Both the position numbers and the translations under genes were made by a program. Under the pieces are notes generated by a model. The model searched no databases and had not been told where the DNA came from. It worked only from the letters and a program-made list of their open reading frames with translations. A stretch of DNA of 32,000 bases from Promethearchaeum syntrophicum. GTDB lineage: Archaea > Asgardarchaeota > Lokiarchaeia > Sigyniarchaeales > Promethearchaeaceae. The DNA lies in contig NZ_CP042905.2 of the NCBI RefSeq assembly GCF_008000775.2, positions 1,230,001 to 1,262,000 of the forward strand. Reading direction: 5' to 3'. This document shows positions 9,059 through 17,984 of this stretch, one piece after another (the first letter of the stretch is position 1; each line of letters opens with the position of its first letter).

Positions 9059-9152
9059 ATTTCTATTTTTCGTATTACAAAAAAGAATTTTTAAATTTTA
9101 TTTCCCTTCAATATCAATAGCGGCAAAAACGCCTTAAAATGTTTTGCTACCT

Positions 9153-10052
9153 TTACTCGAAATTTATTAAAGTATTTAAAAGTAAAGTAATTGCAGAAGT
9201 CATAACTGCAGCAAAAACCATTTGTAATCCATATTTAATTATCGAATCCTTAGAAAGTTTTGCTAAATATCCTCCTAAAGAGAAAAGGACGACCACTGTT
9301 AATATAAAAGAAATAATAAATTGAATTGCTAGAGTATCTCCAGTTAAACTAAAAATGAAAGGCAACACCACAATCATCACTCCTGCAAAGGGGGAAAATC
9401 CATCAACAAGAGCGGCTACTATACCTGCGAAATGTTGAGCTTCTTCATAAATAGTTTGCTCATTTACAATTTTTTTTTCTTTTTGTACTCCTTTATACTT
9501 CTTATAAGAGGTTTTTACTTTGGTTCTATCAATATTTTGGCTATCTTGAGAAGATTTCCCTAATTTTATTCCCAATTTTCTTGCCTGGTCTTCAGTTAAT
9601 CCTAAATGCTTATATTGGACATCCATTTTACTTTTCTTCTTTCTAATGCTCTTTTCAAATTCACCTAAAGCAAGTTTTAAGTCATTTTCAGACCATTTTG
9701 GCACATCAGAATCAGTTGATTTTTTGTCTTCTTCATGTTGCAATCCGAGAACTTGCTTCATCTGGATAACATTCAAACGCCGTTCCGCAGTTTCTGCTAA
9801 ATGGCTTCCTGTTAAACCTGAAATTCCAATTGCGATGGCTGTAATTAAACTAGTCAAAAATAAGAACATATTTGATTGAGGTTTATCATCTAGAAAAAAT
9901 AAAAAAGACGCTAATACAATTCCCAATGCGGTAAGAATCCCGTCAAAGAAATTCATGGCAAAATATCGACGAATTATTGGTGATGCTTCACTAATTTGCC
10001 ACAAAATTTTATAACGTTCAAAGAGTTTAGTTTTTAGTTTAGATTCGGACAT
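9153..10052 (-). CDS. VIT1/CCC1-family (iron/manganese transporter-like) membrane protein
   Basis: 299 aa. The N-terminal motif is RRYFAMNFFDGILTALGIVLA (family pattern x-G-x-n-D-G-l-x-s/t-x-x-g-i-v-x-g). There are five predicted TM helices with a roughly 120-aa charged loop between TM2 and TM3, which is the VIT1 topology. Confidence 0.55.
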   Translation of the reverse strand: MSESKLKTKLFERYKILWQISEASPIIRRYFAMNFFDGILTALGIVLASFLFFLDDKPQSNMFLFLTSLITAIAIGISGLTGSHLAETAERRLNVIQMKQVLGLQHEEDKKSTDSDVPKWSENDLKLALGEFEKSIRKKKSKMDVQYKHLGLTEDQARKLGIKLGKSSQDSQNIDRTKVKTSYKKYKGVQKEKKIVNEQTIYEEAQHFAGIVAALVDGFSPFAGVMIVVLPFIFSLTGDTLAIQFIISFILTVVVLFSLGGYLAKLSKDSIIKYGLQMVFAAVMTSAITLLLNTLINFE

Positions 10053-10232
10053 TTTTCGTTCGTAAACAATAGAAAAGAAGGAATTAAACCTTTAAAATTT
10101 TTTTGACGAAAACCGAAGTTTTACCATTTCGCTAAGTTGGAAGGAAATTAGATTATTTGGATTCAAATTTGTGTATCTAAATATCAATCGTAAATTCTGA
10201 GTTTTCTTCTTTCAATATAGTAAAACTTTCAC

Positions 10233-10619
10233 TTATCTATAGCGCATCCAATCCTTCCAATCATTTAATGTTGACATCAATGTTAAAGTCTTTTCTTTTG
10301 AGCCTAGAGGTATTGTAATATCACCTAAAATCACACCCTTTCCTTTAACTCCAATTATATTCAAGTTTTTTATTTCAACACCTATAGCAGATATAATTTT
10401 AGGATCCATAATTTTTATGAAATTGTTGGAATCGGGATGAATGCTATTACGCGCGTGGATTATTTTATGAGAGCTGGTATCTACATCCGGATTGAGTTCT
10501 AATTCAAAAGAAAGTACACCATTTGCTGAATATAACCAAAGTTCTTTTAGATTTTCTGGAATCATCCACGGATTCGGTCTCCATTTAAAACGAGTAAGAG
10601 AAATTTTTTGTTGTGGCAT
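10233..10619 (-). CDS. Hypothetical protein
   Basis: 128-aa ORF with no competing ORF. It appears beta-rich, I recognise no motif, and it is divergent from the dehydrogenase gene. Confidence 0.45.
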   Translation of the reverse strand: MPQQKISLTRFKWRPNPWMIPENLKELWLYSANGVLSFELELNPDVDTSSHKIIHARNSIHPDSNNFIKIMDPKIISAIGVEIKNLNIIGVKGKGVILGDITIPLGSKEKTLTLMSTLNDWKDWMRYR

Positions 10620-10678
10620 TAGTATTTGCTCTAATTTATCCTCGAATAAAATTTATTATATGTGATATTGATTATATT

Positions 10679-11986
10679 ATGAAAATTTCTTATATGGGAA
10701 CTGGATATGTGGGTCAAGTTAGCGGAGCAGTGTCTGCTCATTATGGGCATGATGTAGTGCTTGTAGATATTGATAAAAAGAAAGTAGAGTCTATCAATCA
10801 AGGAAAACCAACTATTTTTGAGAAAGATTTGGATGAGATGATGGAAGATTTAGTAATAAATAAAAAAAAATTACGAGCTACATTGGATACTCATCAAGCA
10901 GTTTTAGATACAGAAGCTTCCTTTATCTGTGTTGGAACACCTGATAGAGGTGGCATGATAGATTTATCCTATATTCAAAACGTTTCAAAATCTATCGGTA
11001 AGGCTTTGAAAGACAAAAAACAATTTCATCTAGTGATCGTAAAATCAACCGTTGTTCCTGGCACTACTATCAATACCGTCAAACCAATAATAGAGGAGTT
11101 TTCGGGAAAAAAAGCAGGTGTTGATTTTGGAATTGCGATGAATCCAGAATTTTTACGTGAGGGGCTTGCAGTTTCTGATAATATCGATCCAGATAATATA
11201 GTTATCGGAACCCAAGATGAAAAATCCCAAAAAATGTTAAAAGAAATTTATGCTTGGGCAGCGAAAGAAAAATATACATTTGTGAATGTCACGGCCGCTG
11301 AAGCAATAAAATATGCTCAAAACTCTTTTTTAGCAATGAAAATTACCTTTGCAAATGAATGGGGTAATTACTGCGATGTAATGGGGATTGATGCCAAAGA
11401 AGTTCTTGATGCGATAGGAGCTGATAGGAGAATAAGCCCTATGTTTCTGAGAAATGGACCTGGTTATGGAGGAAGCTGTTTTCCTAAGGATGTAAATGCA
11501 ATTGTTCATTCCGGACAGATAAATCATTCACCTTTCAGAATTTTGGAAGAAGTAGTTGCAACAAACAATAAACAATACCTATCTCTTATAGACCTGGCAA
11601 AATCAAAAATTGGTTCAATTGCCAGACGTAAAGTTGGTATATTGGGGCTTTCTTTCAAACCCGATACAGATGATACTCGAGAATCTCCCGCTTTAAAGAT
11701 TATTTCTTATCTAGTATCTCAAGGATGTAATATTAAAGCGTATTGTCCACAAGGCACTGAGATGGCAAAGAAATGGTTAACCGATAACAGAATCACAGAA
11801 ATATTTTATGCAAATTCTGCCGAAGAATGTGTTAAAGATGTTGAATTCGTTTTAATTCCTACAGATTGGCCTGAATTTCGAGAACTCCTCCCAAAAATCA
11901 CTGTACCTACATTTGTTGGTCATCGTTCATTTGTAAATCCTGATAATTTTGAGAATGTTTATAGTCTCGGTTTTCCAAAAAAGTGA
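10679..11986 (+). CDS. ugd: UDP-glucose/GDP-mannose 6-dehydrogenase family protein (most like UDP-glucose 6-dehydrogenase)
   Basis: The Rossmann motif sits at the true N-terminus (MKISYMGTGYVG). Other motifs are NPEFLREG and the catalytic Cys block GYGGSCFPKD, with a C-terminal UDP-binding domain (LGLSFKPDTDDTRESPA). The start was moved from the track's 10613 to the in-frame ATG at 10679. Confidence 0.85.
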   Translation: MKISYMGTGYVGQVSGAVSAHYGHDVVLVDIDKKKVESINQGKPTIFEKDLDEMMEDLVINKKKLRATLDTHQAVLDTEASFICVGTPDRGGMIDLSYIQNVSKSIGKALKDKKQFHLVIVKSTVVPGTTINTVKPIIEEFSGKKAGVDFGIAMNPEFLREGLAVSDNIDPDNIVIGTQDEKSQKMLKEIYAWAAKEKYTFVNVTAAEAIKYAQNSFLAMKITFANEWGNYCDVMGIDAKEVLDAIGADRRISPMFLRNGPGYGGSCFPKDVNAIVHSGQINHSPFRILEEVVATNNKQYLSLIDLAKSKIGSIARRKVGILGLSFKPDTDDTRESPALKIISYLVSQGCNIKAYCPQGTEMAKKWLTDNRITEIFYANSAEECVKDVEFVLIPTDWPEFRELLPKITVPTFVGHRSFVNPDNFENVYSLGFPKK

Positions 11987-11992
11987 TTAATA

Positions 11993-12517
11993 ATGCCTAA
12001 AGATTTAACAATTCGTCAAAGACATTTTCTAAAATCAAAAGATAAGAAAATTGTTATAGACCAATTCAAGTCATTGTTTCCAGGAAAAGATGAAGAGTTT
12101 GCAAAACTAATCACCCCTAAAACACGAATTGAATGGATAAAATTAGATCAAAACCAAGTCCTTTATGCTATTGATAATGTATTGACTTTTTGGTTAAAGG
12201 GGGACAAAATTATTCCTTTATTAAGCTATTTAATGAAAAATCCAAATCCCTTTAAATTCGTGAAAGTGGATCAAGGTGCAATAAAATTTGTTTCAAAAGG
12301 CGCAAACGTAATGCGACCGGGAATAACGACAATCGACCCTACAATTAAAAAGGGAGATATTGTAACTATTCTTGATCCACAACATGATAGAGTTTTATCG
12401 GTTGGTGAATCTCTTTATAATGCTGAAGAAATGGAAAAATTAAGCGATGGAAAAGTAATCAAGTGTGTTCATTCTTTAACAGATAACATATGGTTATTTT
12501 CAAAAAATTTCGATTAA
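11993..12517 (+). CDS. PUA-domain RNA-binding protein (MCT-1/Tma20-like pre-PUA + PUA)
   Basis: 174 aa. The C-terminal PUA pattern is VDQGAIKFVSKGANVMRPGI...KKGDIVTILDPQHDRVLSVGESL. Confidence 0.75.
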   Translation: MPKDLTIRQRHFLKSKDKKIVIDQFKSLFPGKDEEFAKLITPKTRIEWIKLDQNQVLYAIDNVLTFWLKGDKIIPLLSYLMKNPNPFKFVKVDQGAIKFVSKGANVMRPGITTIDPTIKKGDIVTILDPQHDRVLSVGESLYNAEEMEKLSDGKVIKCVHSLTDNIWLFSKNFD

Positions 12518-12526
12518 AATTTATTC

Positions 12527-13495
12527 TTACTCTTTTTTTATACTTTCATATGTTTTATGGGATTCAATTGCATCGGAAACTCCTTTTTCCCATGGATATT
12601 CTGGATTCCAATTAAAAACTCTCTTAATTTTCTCATTTGGGAAATGAGCACCAAATTTTGAAAAACTAATCATTAGTAAATAATCCTTATCTTTCAAATT
12701 AGTTAAAATAGAAAAAATCGATTTTGTTGTTAAATTTGTTTTAATCGATAGGTTCTTTATATATTCGTTGATAAATTTCGACCATTTAGTATGGTAATCC
12801 GTACAATTAAAATAATCATTTTTTGGACCGATTTCTAATACATTTTCAATAAGTGACCCTAAATTTTGAATATATAATGTTGAAAATATCTTGTCTTTTT
12901 TTCCAGAAAAATAAAAGTTGCCCTTTAACAATTTGGTAATGAGTGAAGAACTTAGGATTGTGTCATTCCTGCCTAAAACTGCAGGTAATCTTAAAATCGT
13001 ATATGGAATACCACTTGATTCGATATACTTTTCAGCTTTTGCCTTAGAACGCATGTAAGGAATTGCAAAATAACCTTCATATCGTTTAGTTGATTGTTCG
13101 GATCTATTTTCTCCTATTGATTTTAATCCATATACAGCAACTGAACTTATTTGAATAAAGTGCTTGCATTTCATATTTCGACTCCAGTCAACTAATCTCT
13201 TTGTTCCCCTGAAATTAACCTCAAACATAAGTTTTTTGGGTTGATTCTGATCAACAATACCGATTGTGTTGATGATAATATCATAATTTTGGTTTTTCAA
13301 TCCTTGGAGACTATCAATTAATCTTACATCAAATTTTATTTCATTTTTGCCAGGGGATCTTCTAAAAACTGTTCCAAAAATGCTATATCCTCTATTTTCT
13401 AAGTGTTTTTTTAAATAATTTCCGATAAAACCGTCGGTTCCCGTTATTAATATTTTTATCGTTATCATACTCCTTTTTGTATAATTTAAATTCAT
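12527..13495 (-). CDS. NAD(P)-dependent epimerase/dehydratase (extended SDR)
   Basis: Carries ILITGTDGFIGNYL (GxxGxxG) and the catalytic YMRSK (YxxxK). The start is 3 nt after the methyltransferase stop, so the two are probably co-transcribed. The true start may be the internal Met at about 13468. Confidence 0.75.
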   Translation of the reverse strand: MNLNYTKRSMITIKILITGTDGFIGNYLKKHLENRGYSIFGTVFRRSPGKNEIKFDVRLIDSLQGLKNQNYDIIINTIGIVDQNQPKKLMFEVNFRGTKRLVDWSRNMKCKHFIQISSVAVYGLKSIGENRSEQSTKRYEGYFAIPYMRSKAKAEKYIESSGIPYTILRLPAVLGRNDTILSSSLITKLLKGNFYFSGKKDKIFSTLYIQNLGSLIENVLEIGPKNDYFNCTDYHTKWSKFINEYIKNLSIKTNLTTKSIFSILTNLKDKDYLLMISFSKFGAHFPNEKIKRVFNWNPEYPWEKGVSDAIESHKTYESIKKE

Positions 13496-13498
13496 TTT

Positions 13499-15850
13499 TC
13501 AGAATAAAGCTTTATACCAACAACTTTCTTTTATTTTTGCATAAACTTGTGAATAAGATTGCATTTCTTCAATTGAGTGAAACATATCTGTACATACATC
13601 AAATAAAAATTCTACATCATAATTCTCAGAAGAAAAAGTTAATCTTGAGATTGAAACGTGTTTCTTAAAAATAATTTTAATATCATTTATAAACTTAGAA
13701 AAATCAGAACTTTTGAGATTCTTCTCTTCTATAATACTAAATTCTTCTGAGTTAAATATTACAGAACCCAGCAAGCAAATTGATACTGCGTTTTCTATCC
13801 ATCTTATTAAAAATTCTTGATTTTGTATAAATTTCGGAGAAGAATCCATTTTTATATTAGTTAGAAGCAAACCAAAGAAAGTGAATAATTCAATATCAAA
13901 AGGGATTAAAGGAATTCTATAAAAATAATTACTTCGGAATTTTAGTGCATCTCCCCATGCACTTGAACTATATAAAGCACGATAAATATTCAAAACAATA
14001 TTTGAAGATAAATAGGTTAGAAATGCTGGTAAATTTCCTTTTGCCGGATATATCTTAAACGCTGAGAATTGTATATCACTTTCTTTAAAAAAGTAAACAC
14101 CCCCATAAGCAATTGAAGGCAAATTTGATCCAAATTTTAATCCTGCATATAACTTTTTTCCTAATTCTCGAAAATATAAAGTAGTTTCACTCATATATGC
14201 GATTATTTCTGTTTTTTTAAGGGAATTCCTAGATTGGTCAAGAAGTTCTGGGAGAGTTATATATTGTCGATGTTTTCCGATATGATAACGAGTAATATCT
14301 TTTCCTCTTATTTCACCAATGTACTCCGATTTTTTAATTTCTGATAGTTCCGACCATTGTTCAGAAGTAATTCTAATAGGAGTTGAATCAGGAATTTTGT
14401 GTTTAAAGCGGGCAATTCGTGTTCCTTCATGAATTTTAAGGATTTTTTTCAATCGAGGGAATTTATTAACTGAAATAAGAAAATTTTGCATCTCTTCTGA
14501 AAGTTCAGTAAAGAAAATATTATACATATATGAGAGATCTTGAGAAATTTTTTGCTTTTCGATAGTATTTATGTTGAAATTCTGTAAGATAGAATTTTTT
14601 TTGATTAATGCAGAATAATAAAGATGATCTTGTTCAACTTTCTCATTAATATCTAATCTTCCTTGTTTTGAAATTGTAAGGATACACGGATGAACATTTG
14701 CCCGAGGAAAAATTTGTATTTTCGGATTAAAATCAACAATTAATTGAATTTTACATTGTTTTAATAGGAAAACGCGCAATTTTAAGGCATAATCATTAGA
14801 TAAAACTCGGTTAGGGATAATAAAAGATAAAAATCCTTTATATTCAAGATGATCTACTGCTCTTTTCAAGAAATAAAAATATAAATCTGGTTTACTTCCT
14901 TTTTTTATTACCAAAGAATAATTTTCTTTTAATTCATTAAGCGTTTTTTTAGATATGTTTTTTTTAATATTATCTGAACTGATATATGGCGGATTTCCAA
15001 ATATTATGTGAAATTTCAATGGAAAATCTTTTCCAAAATTTGTTAATGTATTACCAAGATATGAGTGAAAGGTAATTTTATCAATTAGATGACTGTATTT
15101 TCTTGAAAAAAGAGTTATTAAAATACATTTAATACGAATTTTAGTGATTTCTAATGAGTAATTATTGAGATCAGCAAAATAGAGATTTTCTTTGATAAAA
15201 TTACAAATTTCTGAAATGATATCTGTTCTAATTTCTTCCGAATACGAGAAAATGAGAATTTTTATTGATTTATTAAAGATTTCTGTATCAATATCAGTAT
15301 CAATATTATTATTCCGAATAAAATATAGGGTAAAAATTTTACAGATTTTTTGAATCAAGGATGTAATAAAAGCACCCCCTCCCACACAAGGATCCAAAAT
15401 TTTCACCTTTTTCATTGCTTTCTTAAATAATATGTTTGTAAAGGATTGATAATCAAATTTTTCATCATTATTGAGCATTCTTCTAAGAAGTTGATCTAAA
15501 CTCTTGGGCTTTTTTTTTAAAAAATCATTAGAAAAATAGCCATTCAATTCCAAAAAAAGCCATTGATCAAACGTATAATCAACCATGGTATCTGTTATCC
15601 ATGAGGGTGTGAAGATTATACCGGAATTGTTAGATTTATTATTTCCTACAGATTCAAAAATTTTTTCTAGTGTTTTTGGGGTAATTAAATTGCATTCTGC
15701 ATTAATTTTAGCTTCTTTAAGAGATAATTTCCATAATCTCCCTTTAAATTGAAAATTGTCTTTATTTTTGTCTTTGATTAACTCTTTGAATCCATATATC
15801 AATCTGTCCAATGTTTCTTCTGTTTCAAGGATTTCATGATTTGGATTCAA
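13499..15850 (-). CDS. Gamma-class N6-adenine DNA methyltransferase with a C-terminal TaqI/Eco57I-type target-recognition domain; no nuclease domain seen
   Basis: 783 aa. Motif X is GIIFTPSWITDTMVDY, motif I is ILDPCVGGGAFI and motif IV is FGNPPYISS. The C-terminal half carries TRD-like strings (IRGKDITRYHI, LSSNIVLNIYRALYSS). As given, the ORF begins at a TTG codon. Confidence 0.8.
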   Translation of the reverse strand: MNPNHEILETEETLDRLIYGFKELIKDKNKDNFQFKGRLWKLSLKEAKINAECNLITPKTLEKIFESVGNNKSNNSGIIFTPSWITDTMVDYTFDQWLFLELNGYFSNDFLKKKPKSLDQLLRRMLNNDEKFDYQSFTNILFKKAMKKVKILDPCVGGGAFITSLIQKICKIFTLYFIRNNNIDTDIDTEIFNKSIKILIFSYSEEIRTDIISEICNFIKENLYFADLNNYSLEITKIRIKCILITLFSRKYSHLIDKITFHSYLGNTLTNFGKDFPLKFHIIFGNPPYISSDNIKKNISKKTLNELKENYSLVIKKGSKPDLYFYFLKRAVDHLEYKGFLSFIIPNRVLSNDYALKLRVFLLKQCKIQLIVDFNPKIQIFPRANVHPCILTISKQGRLDINEKVEQDHLYYSALIKKNSILQNFNINTIEKQKISQDLSYMYNIFFTELSEEMQNFLISVNKFPRLKKILKIHEGTRIARFKHKIPDSTPIRITSEQWSELSEIKKSEYIGEIRGKDITRYHIGKHRQYITLPELLDQSRNSLKKTEIIAYMSETTLYFRELGKKLYAGLKFGSNLPSIAYGGVYFFKESDIQFSAFKIYPAKGNLPAFLTYLSSNIVLNIYRALYSSSAWGDALKFRSNYFYRIPLIPFDIELFTFFGLLLTNIKMDSSPKFIQNQEFLIRWIENAVSICLLGSVIFNSEEFSIIEEKNLKSSDFSKFINDIKIIFKKHVSISRLTFSSENYDVEFLFDVCTDMFHSIEEMQSYSQVYAKIKESCWYKALF

Positions 15851-15995
15851 TTTTTTTCATACCTTTCTAAATTTTATTAATTTTTATGCTTTTTTATGAT
15901 TTTATATTCAATATATAATGAATATTTCTTTTTTCAACGTGTTAACCATAAAAAATAAATTAAATCATGTATTTTTTTGATTAGTTGAAAATCGC

Positions 15996-16247
15996 ATGCA
16001 CAACCCTGCCCTAAGATTGAATCTAAAAGGAATGCTTAATAAGGATGTATCTATTAAAATCCGAGTTTACCGTGTTTATCTTAAGGGAAAATTAATCGCT
16101 TTTGATCAATATTCAAACATTCTACTGGAAAATGTGGTTGAATTTAAATTAAATGAGAAAGGAGAAAAAGAAGAAATTTGCAAATATTCAGGAAATGTTT
16201 TATTGCGTGGCGATTCGATAATAGCACTAACGATAAATAAGGATTGA
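15996..16247 (+). CDS. Sm-like archaeal protein (LSm/SmAP)
   Basis: 83 aa. Sm1 is [21 protein letters not shown] and Sm2 is [11 protein letters not shown]. Confidence 0.85.
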   Translation: MHNPALRLNLKGMLNKDVSIKIRVYRVYLKGKLIAFDQYSNILLENVVEFKLNEKGEKEEICKYSGNVLLRGDSIIALTINKD

Positions 16248-16252
16248 TAATA

Positions 16253-16516
16253 ATGACTAAAGGAACAGCAAGTTTTGGAAAACATAATAAAGCTGCGACA
16301 CATACCATGTGCCGAAGATGTGGCAGCCGATCATATTTTAAAAGGAAAAGTTTTTGTGCCTCTTGTGGATACGGAAAAACTGCTAAAATTAGAACATACA
16401 ATTGGAACGTTAAGATCAAAGCAGCAAATGGTCAAAAAACCAGAAACGGACGTAAAGAAATGTTTAAACGTAAATGGAATAAACGTTTCGTAAGCAAGCA
16501 TCAAAAGAAGCATTAA
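16253..16516 (+). CDS. rpl37e: Ribosomal protein eL37 (L37e), long form
   Basis: [51 protein letters not shown], with a C4 zinc ribbon. The start was moved from the track's TTG at 16244 to the ATG at 16253. It lies 5 nt after the LSm stop. Confidence 0.9.
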   Translation: MTKGTASFGKHNKAATHTMCRRCGSRSYFKRKSFCASCGYGKTAKIRTYNWNVKIKAANGQKTRNGRKEMFKRKWNKRFVSKHQKKH

Positions 16517-16555
16517 TTATTTTTCTAATTTTAATACCAATTTTCATTCCTACCT

Positions 16556-17158
16556 TCATTTAGAAGGTATTTTACATAAATACCAAGCAGTATGAGAATT
16601 TATTTCGAAAATTTGAACATCATCGAAGAAATTTTCAAATTCTGCTGGAATAGAGCGCACAAAATTAAAATAATCTCCTCGTTCTATCCATTCGATTATG
16701 CTGATATGCCATTTTCTTCTTGGAGAATAATCTTGAAAAAGGACATATTCTTTTGCGATACGACTGGTTTCTTTGTATAATACATTACGTTTATTCTGAT
16801 CTAAACCGTGTAAAACCATACCTGCGATTACTAAATCAAAATTATTATCTGGAAACCGTAAACCCTTTAAGATATCTCCATGTTCGCATACTAATTTATT
16901 TTTCATTTTAGCACGCTTAACCATTTTCTCTGCAATATCTATTCCTTGAACTTCATAACTTTCATCTTTAAGTTTAAAAGCTTTACCAAATGCACCAGTT
17001 CCGCATCCAATATCAAGAATTTTTCCCCCTTTAGGAATATTAAGATGTTTTCCATATTTATCAATATTTTTTGAGTATCCCTTTACTTGACTTTTAAAAA
17101 ACCACTGGTAAAAATAAGCAATTATATTAAATAGCCAAGTATGATATTGTAAATTCAT
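16556..17158 (-). CDS. Class I SAM-dependent methyltransferase
   Basis: Motif I is KILDIGCGTGAFG, followed by an acidic residue after beta-2 (GIDIAEKM) and DLVIAGMVLHGL. Confidence 0.75.
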   Translation of the reverse strand: MNLQYHTWLFNIIAYFYQWFFKSQVKGYSKNIDKYGKHLNIPKGGKILDIGCGTGAFGKAFKLKDESYEVQGIDIAEKMVKRAKMKNKLVCEHGDILKGLRFPDNNFDLVIAGMVLHGLDQNKRNVLYKETSRIAKEYVLFQDYSPRRKWHISIIEWIERGDYFNFVRSIPAEFENFFDDVQIFEINSHTAWYLCKIPSK

Positions 17159-17199
17159 AAATTATTTTTCATATGTTCTTTTAATATTTAGTTTTATGC

Positions 17200-17904
17200 T
17201 CAAATTAGAGCGAATAGTGTAGAAAATGCAAGATATGCCCCATATCCGACCATAAATAAAGCACATATAACGAAAATAGTTTTATAGATTTTGGGTGTAA
17301 TAAACTTGCGGGAAAATCCTATAGCTGTGGCAAAAGATACATACCAAAGAAAAACACCTAGTTCCTTCCCAACAATTAATCCCCAGAAGGCCGATGGATT
17401 TGTAAAATTCACGGAATTTTCAACAATAATAGAGAGTCCTGCTGTTGTCCACCACAACCACCAGTGGGGGTTTGACATCAAAAAAATTATGCTTCCCAAA
17501 ATAGGATGTCGAGAATACAACTTTAATTTAGTATCATCCATGCCAGTATCGTGTTTGAAATCATTTGAGGATAAAAAGGATGTGTTAATTTTTTCCCGAA
17601 TAACATCTAATAAAATTTGTAATCCAAAAAAAATGAGTAAACTACCACCCAAAACACCAATAATTATGAAAATTATAGGATTGGCAAATAATGATTCTGC
17701 ACCCACCAGTATGAGCAAAATTAAGAGAAATTCAATAAGTGCATGCCCTAAACTAATAAAAAGACCTACCAACCAGGCTTTTTGTTTTGCCTCAAGAGAT
17801 TTGAAAATTGTATATGTCATTAAGGTTCCCGGAGACATAGCTCCACCTAATCCTAACAAAAAAATAACAGAAAAAACACTCCAAAATGACATTGATTTGA
17901 TCAA
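17200..17904 (-). CDS. LysE/RhtB-like multi-pass membrane protein (putative exporter)
   Basis: 234 aa with about 6 TM helices. An N-terminal GLGGAMSPGTL resembles the LysE-family G-x-x-x-s-P-G-P motif. It is preferred over the 221-aa antisense ORF 17291..17956, which has low-complexity composition. Confidence 0.45.
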   Translation of the reverse strand: MIKSMSFWSVFSVIFLLGLGGAMSPGTLMTYTIFKSLEAKQKAWLVGLFISLGHALIEFLLILLILVGAESLFANPIIFIIIGVLGGSLLIFFGLQILLDVIREKINTSFLSSNDFKHDTGMDDTKLKLYSRHPILGSIIFLMSNPHWWLWWTTAGLSIIVENSVNFTNPSAFWGLIVGKELGVFLWYVSFATAIGFSRKFITPKIYKTIFVICALFMVGYGAYLAFSTLFALI

Positions 17905-17984
17905 ATCTCAAGAAAATATCAATTTATGGAATTCCTTAAAAGACCTAAAATATTGAATGATAAGAAATCCCAAAAAAAAAGGTT

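Noticed and set aside
10613-10678. N-terminal extensions implied by the track's alternative start codons (10613, 16244, 19662, 21015, 23748, 26438).
   Set aside because: In each case an in-frame ATG a few codons downstream places the conserved N-terminal motif (Rossmann loop, MTKGT, AHPDD and so on) at the expected position. The extensions are hydrophobic or low-complexity run-ins.
17291-17956. A 221-aa plus-strand ORF, long enough to look like a gene.
   Set aside because: It is entirely antisense to the 6-TM membrane protein 17200..17904, whose hydrophobic periodicity is convincing. Its own sequence has no motifs. A shadow ORF of this kind is expected opposite a codon-biased AT-rich gene.
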